The position numbers and the translations under genes were made by a program. Under the pieces are notes generated by a model. The model had not been told where the DNA came from, did not search any database, and saw only the letters and a list, made by a program, of their open reading frames with translations. DNA of 64,000 nt, taken from the NCBI GenBank assembly GCA_000146465.1, contig CP001952.1, one strand, 5' to 3'. Of this stretch, positions 19,076-29,541 are shown in pieces (positions within the stretch are counted from its first letter, which is position 1; the number at the start of each line of letters is the position of its first letter).

Positions 19076-20311
19076 TTGGTATGTAGCCCTGGAATGACCA
19101 AGGGTTTAAATAACAGGGATGCAATTATAGCCATGATTCTTGCGATGATGGGGACAGGGATAACCTTTATGCCATATGCATTTAAATCCGCAGGATATCT
19201 TAATGCAATATTTCTTATGATGTTCTTTGGAATGGGGACGGCCGTGTCATGCTATTGCATTTCTTATGCAGCAAAGCGTTCAGGCCAGAACCATCCCACA
19301 TATTCTAGCTTAGCATCCGATATTTCTACAACACTTGGGTATGCAGTAAACATTTCCATCTTCTTCAATGGATATCTTGCAGGTGTTAATTTCTACAGAT
19401 ATCTATCGGATCTAATTGTTAAGAACTCATACTATATCCAAAATCTTACCGGAGACTACGAGAAGTCTCGGAAGGCTGTTGTTCTTGCCCTTTCAATTCC
19501 ATTTCTGTATCTGTCCTTCAAGAAGACACTGTCGGGCCTTGTATTTACGTCTTATCTGAGTATTGCATCTGTATTATATCTGTCGTTTCTTATGATTTAT
19601 CTATTCCTTGTTGTAGGAACCTCGTCTGTGGGCGGAAAGGCAAGACCATTTAACGGATCCTTGGAGGAAGCCGTTCCCTTTTTCATTTCCTCTATGGTGT
19701 GCCAGGCAAATATGGTCAAAATATATACGGAAATGGAGAAGAAAGGCAACAGAAACATTGTGATTGTGTCTCTAGGTGCTGCCGTCGGAGGAATGCTCAT
19801 CAACTGTTTTATTGGACTTTTTGGATATCTCGTGTTTGGAAACGGTGTGTCTGGGGAAATTATAACAGAGCTCTCTGATATGGACAGCCCAATCAACAAA
19901 CGTCTCAGGGAAGGCTGGGATAAGAATAACATCATGTCTGGAATGGCAATCTATGGAATAATGATTACATTGTTTGGAGGGTATCCAGTTCAAGTCAATC
20001 CAGTCGGAGATATGATATTCAAGCTCCTTCCTTTGGAAAGGCGAACAGAACCCAACAGAAAGGCAATGGTTGTCTTACTGTGGTTTGTAGCCGTACTTCT
20101 GAACCTTATGAAAGAGCTTAAGACAAAGATAATTAAGAAATTTCTTGGAGCTACGTTTTCCAATTCTGTGGCATTTGTATATCCGTTTATATACTACTTG
20201 TCGATGAGAAAAACCAGATCTCTTGTGCCAACAATGGTATGTTGTTTTATGATAATAATGAGTATCGTAGTAAGCATCTATACTGTCTTTAGGTTTTCTC
20301 TAGGTGGCTGA
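19076..20311 (+). CDS. Amino acid transporter (AAAP/Aa_trans family)
   Basis: 411 aa with about 10-11 TM segments. The N-terminal AIIAMILAMMGTGITFMPYAFKSAGYLNAIFLMM matches the Aa_trans N-terminal block (NLxNxIIGAGILxLPYAFKxAG). Confidence 0.65.
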   Translation: MVCSPGMTKGLNNRDAIIAMILAMMGTGITFMPYAFKSAGYLNAIFLMMFFGMGTAVSCYCISYAAKRSGQNHPTYSSLASDISTTLGYAVNISIFFNGYLAGVNFYRYLSDLIVKNSYYIQNLTGDYEKSRKAVVLALSIPFLYLSFKKTLSGLVFTSYLSIASVLYLSFLMIYLFLVVGTSSVGGKARPFNGSLEEAVPFFISSMVCQANMVKIYTEMEKKGNRNIVIVSLGAAVGGMLINCFIGLFGYLVFGNGVSGEIITELSDMDSPINKRLREGWDKNNIMSGMAIYGIMITLFGGYPVQVNPVGDMIFKLLPLERRTEPNRKAMVVLLWFVAVLLNLMKELKTKIIKKFLGATFSNSVAFVYPFIYYLSMRKTRSLVPTMVCCFMIIMSIVVSIYTVFRFSLGG

Positions 20312-20349
20312 ATATAGATCAATAAAGCTTTATTTAGCAACAAGTAGGT

Positions 20350-22020
20350 CTAGCTTATAAAGGGACCTGCACACGATATTATGTTTCTATATCCAAACTT
20401 GGCACATAGAAGCGGTGTACTCTTGGTATAATATGTTCCTAAGCAACTTCCTTTGTGATCGGTTCTATCCCAAAGTCTGACGCTATTGTCTGCACCACAG
20501 GATGCAATTACACTTCCATAGAAGCAGAAGGACACAGAAAATACTGTATTTTCATGGCCTGCATACTTTCCTAGGAGCTTCGAGCTTTGAATGTCCCAAA
20601 GAAGAACCGTCCTATCTTTACTCCCACTGACCAGAAATTTACCGCAATGGGAAACATCCATACATGTCACCGTGTCTGTGTGACCACAGAAAATTCTTAC
20701 AACAGATGCCGTACTTATGTCATGCATCCTTATTCTGTGGTCGGAAGACCCTGTAAATAAATAGTTCGAGTTCGGATGGAACTTTACTGCAGTCACATCG
20801 CTTAGAGATGAGATTATAAGCCTTTCAGGCTTGGATGTCGCAACAGACCATATAATGGCTTGCCTGTCTCCTGCTCCGCTTGCAAAAAAGTAATCATTGG
20901 GAGCTGCATCCACACACCAGACTGGAAATGCATGTGCCTTGTAAACAGCAAGTAAGCACAAAAGATCAAGGCTCCATAAACATACTGTGCAGTCTTGGGA
21001 GCCTGAAACGAGAAACTTGTTGGAAGAGAAGAACTTCAGTCCATACACTGGCCCAGAGTGTCCAATAAGCTTGTAGCTGTTTCCAACCTCCTCAAATTTC
21101 TCTTCGTTTAGAGTCTTGATATCCGACTTCGCAAGTTCAGAGCTGCTTTTGAGTTTCTTCAAGGGCTCATTGGTTAGCGAATATACTTCTATGTAACTGT
21201 CTTTAAATCCACATGCTAATAGTTTTAGGTCGTTGCTGATCTCCGCCGCCGTTAGACCTTCGTAGGTGTTATGTATCGTATAACAGCAGATGCTAGGAAG
21301 GTTGTTTTTGTTCACGGCAACTCTCTTGCACAGGTCTTTCAGCTTCTCAATTTCCGCATGAATCTGCGATGCATTGGGCTTGTAAGCTGAATCCTTTGGT
21401 TTCATCTCCCTCTGTTTTCGGAGCTGCAGCACATATGTTTCAAGATGGTCGTACCTGTATTGCTCGTCTCCAAGTATGGCATCTTCACACTCCTTTGAAA
21501 CCAGAAAAGTGGTTAGGTCGATTTCGGCATCAACAACACTTGTCTCAATTCCCTGAGGCCTGTCCTCGCTCTTAGGTCCAATATACACCTTAATATCCAG
21601 GTGTTGGTTAAGTATCTTGAGTATGTATGTCAGATTCCTTTCTTCAAGGAAGTTTATAAGAAGGTCAAATGCATATCTTCCCATCGAAAGATGGTACTTA
21701 GAACTCTTGAAGGTGTAGGCAAAGTTGTTCTCATGGATGTGTTGCACCGTATAGATGCTTTCAAATTGTTTGATCTCTTCAGACTTGTTGTAATGGTCAT
21801 CTCTGTACTTCTCAAAGAACTCTTTTGCTTCGTTGGTCTTGTTCTGTTGTATTAAATCGAAGTAGATGTGAATAAACAGAGGATACAAAAGAGGGAGGAG
21901 ATCATTCTTGAATAAGTCAAGAGAGTCTTCAATCCATGTTTTAAGGCTAACATAAGATGTCTCCATTTGATCTTTGGACAAGGTCTTGCTTGAAGTGCTT
22001 TCTCTAATGCTCTCAGACAT
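20350..22020 (-). CDS. TAF5: TFIID subunit TAF5 (NTD2 plus WD40)
   Basis: The NTD2 block is LLPLLYPLFIHIYFDLIQQNKTNEAKEFFEKYRDDH. Six or seven WD40 repeats follow and align closely with TAF5: GHSGPVYGLKFFSSNKFLVSGSQDCTVCLWSL...YKAHAFPVWCVDAAPNDYFFASGAGDRQAIIWS... Confidence 0.85.
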   Translation of the reverse strand: MSESIRESTSSKTLSKDQMETSYVSLKTWIEDSLDLFKNDLLPLLYPLFIHIYFDLIQQNKTNEAKEFFEKYRDDHYNKSEEIKQFESIYTVQHIHENNFAYTFKSSKYHLSMGRYAFDLLINFLEERNLTYILKILNQHLDIKVYIGPKSEDRPQGIETSVVDAEIDLTTFLVSKECEDAILGDEQYRYDHLETYVLQLRKQREMKPKDSAYKPNASQIHAEIEKLKDLCKRVAVNKNNLPSICCYTIHNTYEGLTAAEISNDLKLLACGFKDSYIEVYSLTNEPLKKLKSSSELAKSDIKTLNEEKFEEVGNSYKLIGHSGPVYGLKFFSSNKFLVSGSQDCTVCLWSLDLLCLLAVYKAHAFPVWCVDAAPNDYFFASGAGDRQAIIWSVATSKPERLIISSLSDVTAVKFHPNSNYLFTGSSDHRIRMHDISTASVVRIFCGHTDTVTCMDVSHCGKFLVSGSKDRTVLLWDIQSSKLLGKYAGHENTVFSVSFCFYGSVIASCGADNSVRLWDRTDHKGSCLGTYYTKSTPLLCAKFGYRNIISCAGPFIS

Positions 22021-22208
22021 ACCAGGGCTTTGACTTGAAAATTTTAGCTTCCGTTACTATAACAGAAGAAGAGGCTGAAAAAAGCTTCAATGAACAACAC
22101 TTCTCTAGAGTGAAAAAATAGAATATAAGCATTAGTGAATATCTCTAAATTTCATTTATTTGTTTAGGAAATTATATGCTTGAGCTTGGCGATTATGATG
22201 AATTCAAG

Positions 22209-22628
22209 TCATGGTGTATAAGGTGGTGGAGGTCCATACGTATAACTCGGCTGAGGAGTTGCATCCGGACCGAACAAACTACTATAAGATGGCGGCGGTG
22301 GAAAGTCTGCGGGTGGATTTCCTTCGAATTGGAAAGGGGGTCTAGGGAATGAATGGGGACCTCCCGAAGACGATATCAGAGTAGGAGAATCTGCTCCTAA
22401 CTCATTTTGCGAAGAGTCTTTAAACACTTTGTAAAAATAAATAACTGCTACTACTATAACAATAATTGCAATCAAGACTAGCAAATCAATAGTTACTTCG
22501 TAAATTGATGGGATATGTTCCTTATTTTTATTGGCTCTCGAACTGTTCAGTATTGTAAGATGTTTCAATGTTTTTTTCTTCTTTTTCCTATTTCCATCGA
22601 GATGTTGAACTTTTGAAGTATTTTCCAT
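22209..22628 (-). CDS. Single-TM protein with a proline-rich tail carrying PPxY (PY) motifs
   Basis: 139 aa. One TM segment (LLVLIAIIVIVVAVIYFY) and a C-terminal ...PPPPSYSSLFGPDATPQPSYTYGPPPPYTP. These are potential WW-domain (Rsp5/Nedd4) ligand motifs. Confidence 0.4.
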   Translation of the reverse strand: MENTSKVQHLDGNRKKKKKTLKHLTILNSSRANKNKEHIPSIYEVTIDLLVLIAIIVIVVAVIYFYKVFKDSSQNELGADSPTLISSSGGPHSFPRPPFQFEGNPPADFPPPPSYSSLFGPDATPQPSYTYGPPPPYTP

Positions 22629-22705
22629 GGATTAAGCACAATTGAAATTTTTAGAATGGGTTTTTAAAAGGGAAAAGATTGTTAATTGGTTATGGTTCCA
22701 AAAAT

Positions 22706-24415
22706 TTAATTATCAATTCCATCAAAAAAGTCAACAATGATGGAATATGCTTTGTCCGAAACAGTTCTGTCGCTACTGTCCTGCAGCCCTTCTATTGCGT
22801 CGACTATATCTGCCTCAACAATCTTCTCATATATGGGATTCTTACCGTATCGGAGCTCCCACTGTCTTCCTCCATTCAAGGCGTATCTAAAGCAATCAAG
22901 TATTTGGCATTGCATTTCAGGAACATTTGGAACTACATCTAAATAGCTTTGCAGGGCATCAATGAAGCTATTGTCCATAAGAGTCTTAAGCCATTCAAAC
23001 TTCGTGTCAGAACTACTAGGGAGATTGTTACAATGATACATTAAGTTCAAAACTGCCCAGCAAGCTTCCTTTCTTATAAACAGCTCGTAGGACGACATCG
23101 AGTCAATGAGAAGAGGAACAAGATCCGCATCTACAACGGATTTTGCATGCTCTGCAGTTCCAGCCGTGATGTTCGAAAGTGTCCAACATATCTCCTTCCT
23201 TAGTCTTGGCTGCTTTTTGTTCTCCAGTCTGTAGAATATAGGTCTGAAGAATTTCATAAACCCCATTTGTATCAGAGCACTTGTCTGGTCATCGGAGCCT
23301 GTTACTATGTTTCCTATCATCCTTATTATTGGAGAAATTGCGCACAGGCATATCTTTGCGTCTTCCGACGAGTAAGATATTCCGATCAGTCGATTGGTAA
23401 GAGCTTCCAGGAGAGAATATGTTCTACTCATTGTTCCACTTCCAATCACTATGTCTCCACACTCCATGCTCACATCTACAATGTAACTAAGAGCCCAATA
23501 GGCATCACTAACAACCTCTGGATCTCTTATGTTAATTAGCTTGAAAAGGACCTCCAATGACTTTTTCATGTTCTGTTCATTTGGCGGTGGATTTCTCCCT
23601 CTGTTGAGATTCGAAAGGAGCCAGGTAAGATTTCTAACTATTTTTATGTGAATCACGCTTTCATGGAGTTTTTGAAGCAGTCCGAGAACAGTATCGATGG
23701 CTCCTGTTTCAAGTATTATATCTCTCATCCCCTCTGAATCTCCGGCAATGTTTCCCAAGGCCCATACACTTTGATCCAGAACTGCGTCATTTGTGTCCAG
23801 AAGCATCTGGATCAGAAGAGGGACTGCCCCGCAATCTATAACTACTTTTGTTTGCTGAGTGGATCCCGATGAGATATTTGTTATGACCCACGCAGCCTCT
23901 ACCCTAATTTTATTTATTATATCCATAGCAACACCAAACTCAGGCATATCCTGCTGTATCCTGGAGATTGGGATTCCGCTCATTGTCATTTCGGATGACA
24001 TTAAAAAGGATATATTCATAAGCTCTATAAACCTGGGAACACATCCAGAGTCTATGACTGGTTGAATCGGGGGAGAATCTTCTACACTCAGCAATGACCT
24101 GAACTCATAAACACCCTGATGAGCTTGCTCTAGATCGTTACTAAATAGCTTTTCCTTCATAGGGATGAAATTGGAAATGGTTGATGCAGAAATGGAAAGA
24201 TTTCTTTTCTTGTTCAAAAGCTCCTCTTTTTTTTGCTGTCGAAGCTCAACCTGCTGCTCCTCCCTCATTTTTCTTCTGTTTTCTGTTGTTTTACTATCAA
24301 ACATATAGGACCTGGCCATTTCGATGGGTTCAAAATTTACTCGCCTAAACACGTTTCTATGAAAGGAAGAGACAAAAGATGGTTGATAAAGGATCTCCGC
24401 AAAATAGAAACCCAT
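22706..24415 (-). CDS. SRP1: Importin-alpha (karyopherin alpha)
   Basis: 569 aa. The N-terminal IBB (RRKMREEQQVELRQQKKEELLNKKRN) is followed by armadillo repeats with conserved W/N positions (AAWVITNISSG...VWALGNIAGDS...CWTLSNITAGT...ACWAVLNLM). Confidence 0.9.
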   Translation of the reverse strand: MGFYFAEILYQPSFVSSFHRNVFRRVNFEPIEMARSYMFDSKTTENRRKMREEQQVELRQQKKEELLNKKRNLSISASTISNFIPMKEKLFSNDLEQAHQGVYEFRSLLSVEDSPPIQPVIDSGCVPRFIELMNISFLMSSEMTMSGIPISRIQQDMPEFGVAMDIINKIRVEAAWVITNISSGSTQQTKVVIDCGAVPLLIQMLLDTNDAVLDQSVWALGNIAGDSEGMRDIILETGAIDTVLGLLQKLHESVIHIKIVRNLTWLLSNLNRGRNPPPNEQNMKKSLEVLFKLINIRDPEVVSDAYWALSYIVDVSMECGDIVIGSGTMSRTYSLLEALTNRLIGISYSSEDAKICLCAISPIIRMIGNIVTGSDDQTSALIQMGFMKFFRPIFYRLENKKQPRLRKEICWTLSNITAGTAEHAKSVVDADLVPLLIDSMSSYELFIRKEACWAVLNLMYHCNNLPSSSDTKFEWLKTLMDNSFIDALQSYLDVVPNVPEMQCQILDCFRYALNGGRQWELRYGKNPIYEKIVEADIVDAIEGLQDSSDRTVSDKAYSIIVDFFDGIDN

Positions 24416-24462
24416 AAGAATGTATTTCCAAAATAAAACAATTCCTTTCCACCCTAGCCATC

Positions 24463-25758
24463 ATGGCAGGAATCTTGAAGAGTCTTGCAGGGCAGTCTCC
24501 TTCTCTCAAGCCTGCTCTTCCACCACAAATCCCTCCCGGCAATCTGGTTCAGAAGAGAATATTTTTTGATGCCCAATCGACTACTCCTGTCGATCCAAGA
24601 GTTCTTGATGCAATGCTCCCATTCTACACAACGGTGTTTGGAAATCCTCATTCAAGAACACATCAATACGGATGGCAAGCCGAAGCTGCAGTAGAGAAGG
24701 CCCGATCTCAAGTGGCTTCTCTCATCGGATGTGATCCGAAAGAAATAATATTTACCAGTGGAGCAACAGAAAGCAACAACTTGGCGCTTAAGGGTGTTGC
24801 TAGCTTTAAGCTCAAGGAAGGAAAACCTGTTCATATAATAACAGTTCAGACCGAACACAAGTGTATTCTTGATACATGCAGGAACCTAGAAGAAGATGGT
24901 GTGGAGGTTACATATCTCCCTGTTGGAAAGGATGGGATAGTTGATATTGAAGACATTAGAAGGAATATAAAAGACAATACAGTCCTTGTATCTATAGGAG
25001 CAGTAAACAGCGAAATAGGAACAATACAACCTCTCAAGGAAATAGGAAGGCTGTGCAAGGAAAAAAAGGTCCTTTTCCACACAGATGCAGCACAGGGGGC
25101 TGGAAAGATTAAAATCGATGTTAATGAAATGAACATAGATCTCCTAAGTATGTGTGCTCATAAAATCTATGGTCCCAAGGGAATAGGGGCTTTGTATGTC
25201 AGGCGACGGCCTCGAGTCCGAATGATGCCAATAATTAACGGAGGAGGGCAAGAAAGAGGACTTCGGAGCGGGACTGTTGCATCTCCTTTGGTTGTAGGGT
25301 TTGGAAAAGCTGCAGAGATATGCTCCAAAGAAATGAAAAGAGATTTTGAATACATTAAGAAGCTTTCAAATAAGTTAAAAAGCATGTTTAAGAAGAACAT
25401 TGAGGGAGTGATCATCAATGGGTCTTCGGAAGGAAACCCTGGATGTGTGAATGTATCGTTTCCATTTGTTGAAGGAGAAAGCCTTCTGATGTATCTGAAG
25501 GACATTGCACTCAGCAGTGGAAGCGCCTGTACATCGGCCTCTTTGGAACCATCTTATGTACTGAGAGCACTTGGCAGAGATGATGAACTTGCACATTCTT
25601 CAATAAGATTTGGAATCGGGAGATTCACCATACCCGAGGAGATCGATATAGTAGCAAGCAAGACTGTTGAAGCTGTCAAAAAGTTGAGAGAAATGTCTCC
25701 TCTTTACGAGATGGTCAAGGAGGGAATAGATCTAAGCAAAATCAATTGGGCTACATGA
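24463..25758 (+). CDS. NFS1: Cysteine desulfurase Nfs1/IscS (Fe-S cluster assembly)
   Basis: 431 aa. Class V aminotransferase fold with the PLP-lysine context [17 protein letters not shown] and the IscS active-site loop [21 protein letters not shown]. Confidence 0.92.
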   Translation: MAGILKSLAGQSPSLKPALPPQIPPGNLVQKRIFFDAQSTTPVDPRVLDAMLPFYTTVFGNPHSRTHQYGWQAEAAVEKARSQVASLIGCDPKEIIFTSGATESNNLALKGVASFKLKEGKPVHIITVQTEHKCILDTCRNLEEDGVEVTYLPVGKDGIVDIEDIRRNIKDNTVLVSIGAVNSEIGTIQPLKEIGRLCKEKKVLFHTDAAQGAGKIKIDVNEMNIDLLSMCAHKIYGPKGIGALYVRRRPRVRMMPIINGGGQERGLRSGTVASPLVVGFGKAAEICSKEMKRDFEYIKKLSNKLKSMFKKNIEGVIINGSSEGNPGCVNVSFPFVEGESLLMYLKDIALSSGSACTSASLEPSYVLRALGRDDELAHSSIRFGIGRFTIPEEIDIVASKTVEAVKKLREMSPLYEMVKEGIDLSKINWAT

Positions 25759-25945
25759 TATTAAATCTAATCAAAGATATCACTCCTTTTTAATTTATAA
25801 AGTATAGTTAGAGACTATTAGAACCCTTTATGTATTTGATAAACTTAATAATCTTAAACGGCCATGAAAAAGCCAATAAGGCCTAAATGAATATAACATT
25901 ATTGGTTCATTTTGATACAAAAAACTATATAATCAAGAAAAAATT

Positions 25946-26971
25946 ATGTGCTTTATTATGGGATATATTAATATGAATAGCAGTAGCCTTATTAAGCCAT
26001 ATGATGGGGTTGAGCTTAATGAGTCGGGGAAAAAGTATAAGAAAATAGGGGAAGACATGCTTAAGCAAAAGAAGCTGGGTGTGGTGATAATGAGCGGAGG
26101 GCAAGGAACCAGGCTCGGCTCAGATGCTCCAAAAGGATTGTTCAAGATAAAGGGTAAGACTCTTTTTGAGTGGCATATGGAGACAATAAAGGAGCTTATA
26201 AGCAAGTACAGTGCAGATATAACTGTATTTGTCATGACGTCTTCATTTACAGATGAAGCAGTTAGAAATTACTTTCAGAAAGAGAAAGGGAACTTCGGCC
26301 TAAAGATTTATTTCTTCAAGCAGAAAAATTCCTTATGTGTGGGAACAGATGGAAAGCCTCTAGAACTCTACGATGGATATGCTGAATCTCCATATGGGAA
26401 CGGAGATATATTCAAGGCAATACAGCAAGTCAATTTTGAAGAGGTAGAGGTCTTGAATGTTATCTCCATAGATAACATCCTTGCAAGGATTCTTGATCCT
26501 GTGTTTGTTGGGGCATTTTACAGCGGAGATTACGACATTCTGAGCAAGTCTGTGACCAAGGAAGAGAAGGAAAGCGTTGGGGCATTTTTAATGAAGGAGA
26601 AACTTATAATCAAGGAGTATGGTGAGAACGACGCGAATGGACAAGGAATACAAGGTAACATCTGTAACCATCTGTTCAGAACATCATTCATAAAAAAAAT
26701 GAAGAATGTGGATCTTCCTGAGCACAAGGCATTCAAAAAAATCCCATACACTGAAAATGGAAAGCTTATAAAACCGGAAAAGCCTAACGGATTCAAGAAG
26801 GAGACATTCATATTTGATAGCTTTGAATACACAGAAAAGAACGGTGTGATGAACGTTCCTAGAGAGAAAGAGTTTTCTCCATTAAAGAATGGAATGGACT
26901 CAACCGTGGACAACCCATTGACATGTGCCTTGGCAGTTGAGAAGCATAGAATTCAAACTTCCATACAATAA
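25946..26971 (+). CDS. UAP1: UDP-N-acetylglucosamine pyrophosphorylase (UAP1-like), shortened
   Basis: Nucleotidyltransferase motif LGVVIMSGGQGTRLGSDAPKGLFKI. 341 aa, shorter than canonical UAP1 of about 480 aa. Confidence 0.7.
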   Translation: MCFIMGYINMNSSSLIKPYDGVELNESGKKYKKIGEDMLKQKKLGVVIMSGGQGTRLGSDAPKGLFKIKGKTLFEWHMETIKELISKYSADITVFVMTSSFTDEAVRNYFQKEKGNFGLKIYFFKQKNSLCVGTDGKPLELYDGYAESPYGNGDIFKAIQQVNFEEVEVLNVISIDNILARILDPVFVGAFYSGDYDILSKSVTKEEKESVGAFLMKEKLIIKEYGENDANGQGIQGNICNHLFRTSFIKKMKNVDLPEHKAFKKIPYTENGKLIKPEKPNGFKKETFIFDSFEYTEKNGVMNVPREKEFSPLKNGMDSTVDNPLTCALAVEKHRIQTSIQ

Positions 26972-27075
26972 ACCCTAACTTAAATGGTCTCCTGTAAGGA
27001 ACTCCAAAGTTAATATTAATTAAGGTCTTCTACCTGATAGAAAAATTCTCGAACAAGAAAAGTCATTGTTAATCA

Positions 27076-28668
27076 CTAAAACAGACTTCCGTTGAACTCT
27101 GGTTTATAAAGAATGGGCCCAACCCATTCCCAAGCCTTCCTACCTTCAACACAAGACTCTCTTATGTTGGAGTTTTTGAAAATGATATCTTCAACCTCCT
27201 TCCATATCTTTTTATCAACCCCGAAGCAATCTCTAAGCTGTTCTATATATACATAACTAGGGAAACTCGTATTCTTTGTAGACACATATATTTGTCTCAC
27301 TAGGACATCTGCAATGTCCTTTACTATTTTCCGTGCTGTCTGTAACCTTTCTTGCTTTTTCCTCCTAAACATTCTAATTACCCTGATTACAACCACTACG
27401 ATTGATAGTGGAATGGATATCATGAGTATTCTTTTGAAGTAATATCTAAAAAAAGTCTTCACAGACACTCTTGAATTTACGGAATAGATCATTTCATTGG
27501 AGATAATTATCCCAACTTCTTTTTTCAGTCTTTCTATTACTTCCGAGTCCTTAGTCAAGAGCTCAATTGGAATAGATTTGGTAGGAGCCATTCTATACAT
27601 GAAATCTCCACTCCTCCTCTCTAATATTTTTCTTAGTTCTTTTACCTTTTTTTCCATTTTCTTCTCCCGTCGGTCGTCTTTTATGCAGTAATCTTTGAAA
27701 ATCCCATGCCTGACCATAAAGCCCTTGTCACATACTAATCTTCCATCTACAATTCTGGAGTGCCTTGGAGGGGGAATGCAAGGGAGTTTATCTCCCGAAC
27801 AGTACGGACACACAAACCTAAAGTATATACCAACTGAAACCATAATCATTAAAAGAGTTGCAAAACACCACTTTCCTTTCCTTCTTTGTGGTCTAGGCCT
27901 ACTAATATTAATCCTTGTAGAGTTGCTGGACATCGACCTGGGAGAAGAATGCTTGGATTGAAAATCAGGTTTGTCCAGGGTTGGATCTGAAGTGAATGCT
28001 CTTTTCTTCATTTTTATATTACCAGTTTCTTTCTCGCTTCTTCTGGAAAGAGACGAACGTTCTTCAGAAGACGAAAGGATGAAAGATGACGAGAGCGAAG
28101 AACCTGAGAAATCAACTGTTGAGTTGTTAAACATGGTTGATCCAGGAGTTTGGTTTGAGGGATCTTGTTCTTCTGTTTCTTTTAAGGTATCTTTCTTTTC
28201 CTGGATAGGGGCATCTCCTGAAAAGCTAAAATCCCTTAAAGAGAAGTTTCTTGAGGGTGTTTCCTTAGAAGCTCTCTCTCCTTTTTTAGGAGTCCCTGGA
28301 CTAGATGATGTTCCACGAGACTTCCTATTTGGGATTCCGTCTTTATTATTCGTTTCTGGAACATCCGGAACTTCTGTAAAGCCATATTTCTTTCTTGGAG
28401 ACGCATTCTGGAACGAATTTTCCAAGGAGATGTTCTTCTTCCTACTTATCAACACATCAATGCGATCATGAATGTTCTCTTTATATGCTCTCAGTAGCTC
28501 CGACTTTTTGGATGTTGCAGGGGGAATAGGCTCAATTCCGTTCTCATACATAATTTTACGCAGCTGAGTCTTTGTTAGTTTGGTATAGTCGAAATCCTTG
28601 TTCAGGTAGTCCTCTAACACTGTGTCCTTCGACATCTTTCTAAGGGTAGTACAAATTTTATTTATCAT
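27076..28668 (-). CDS. HeH/LEM-domain inner nuclear membrane protein (Src1/Heh/MAN1 family)
   Basis: The N-terminal YLNKDFDYTKLTKTQLRKIMYENGIEPIPPATSKKSELLRAYKENI matches the HeH/LEM-like fold of Src1/Heh2. A long S/T-rich linker, TM segments (WCFATLLMIMVSVGIYF; ISIPLSIVVVVIRVI) and a C-terminal globular region follow. Confidence 0.45.
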   Translation of the reverse strand: MINKICTTLRKMSKDTVLEDYLNKDFDYTKLTKTQLRKIMYENGIEPIPPATSKKSELLRAYKENIHDRIDVLISRKKNISLENSFQNASPRKKYGFTEVPDVPETNNKDGIPNRKSRGTSSSPGTPKKGERASKETPSRNFSLRDFSFSGDAPIQEKKDTLKETEEQDPSNQTPGSTMFNNSTVDFSGSSLSSSFILSSSEERSSLSRRSEKETGNIKMKKRAFTSDPTLDKPDFQSKHSSPRSMSSNSTRINISRPRPQRRKGKWCFATLLMIMVSVGIYFRFVCPYCSGDKLPCIPPPRHSRIVDGRLVCDKGFMVRHGIFKDYCIKDDRREKKMEKKVKELRKILERRSGDFMYRMAPTKSIPIELLTKDSEVIERLKKEVGIIISNEMIYSVNSRVSVKTFFRYYFKRILMISIPLSIVVVVIRVIRMFRRKKQERLQTARKIVKDIADVLVRQIYVSTKNTSFPSYVYIEQLRDCFGVDKKIWKEVEDIIFKNSNIRESCVEGRKAWEWVGPILYKPEFNGSLF

Positions 28669-28790
28669 GGAGGACTTCCGAGTATAAGTCGAGTTTGTCT
28701 GAGGGAGTAAATGCCTTCTTCCTTTCTAAACCTCTGTTTGGAATTTTACACACTTGTTGATTTATTTAATCTTTTGGCCCAAAGGTCTCT

Positions 28791-29444
28791 TCAGGAAAGA
28801 ATCAGAAAGAGATTGATGAAGATTTGAATCGCTATTGTTCCAACAAAGACTATAGGTGCTTTTATGCTTGACATAAGCCATATCTTTATCACATCGCCTA
28901 TTATCCAACAAAAATATACTTCTTTCGGTGATCTTTTAGTCTCTTTCTTTGGAGACTCAAAAGTCTTTTCTTCTCTTTCCAGTACAAGCTGAAAAAGATT
29001 AACAGCTATTTCAAGAACCGATGAAAACCTTCCACAATGCTCGTAAGATCCATAGAGAGTCCCGTATAGATTTATGGAGAAAACAAAAACACATATTATT
29101 CCCAAAACACTTCCTTTTGGGCCATATCTTCTGTAGATCACCCTCATAGTTCTATTTCCAAGTATCTTTGCCTCATATGTACTTAAAGGCCTCTTATTTA
29201 TAGCTATAAGGAAGACATGCAGTATGATGGTGAAAACATATTGTGCCAAGAGAAATTGTGAGTATCTCTCAAAGCTGTAATGAAATATCTTGAGTATGTT
29301 TGTCATTATGAAGAATGTCGAAATAAGTGGGGAAAGAAGAATATCCCTTGCAAGTATTTGTGGGACATACCCGACTATTGGGGAGACAACAAAAGCAGCG
29401 TAAAGTGCCGGACAGTCTGTTCTTAGTAATTTTGCCGGGTTCAT
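28791..29444 (-). CDS. PQ-loop repeat membrane protein (MPDU1/Ypq-like)
   Basis: 217 aa, about 7 TM segments. There are two PQ-loop-like segments: GYVPQILARDILLSPLIS and IIGDVIKIWLMSSIKAPIVF. Confidence 0.35.
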   Translation of the reverse strand: MNPAKLLRTDCPALYAAFVVSPIVGYVPQILARDILLSPLISTFFIMTNILKIFHYSFERYSQFLLAQYVFTIILHVFLIAINKRPLSTYEAKILGNRTMRVIYRRYGPKGSVLGIICVFVFSINLYGTLYGSYEHCGRFSSVLEIAVNLFQLVLEREEKTFESPKKETKRSPKEVYFCWIIGDVIKIWLMSSIKAPIVFVGTIAIQIFINLFLILS

Positions 29445-29541
29445 ATTGTTTTTGCAGACAAAACAAATTATGTGAGGAGAAAATCAACAAATCTCCGATT
29501 TCTTCCAGGTGAACCAAACAAATCAATCCAAATGATCCCTA

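Noticed and set aside
19991-20010. GTTCAAGTCAATCC as a tRNA T-arm.
   Set aside because: It lies inside the amino-acid transporter coding sequence. Spacing does not fit GGTTCRANYCC, and no complementary acceptor stem flanks it.
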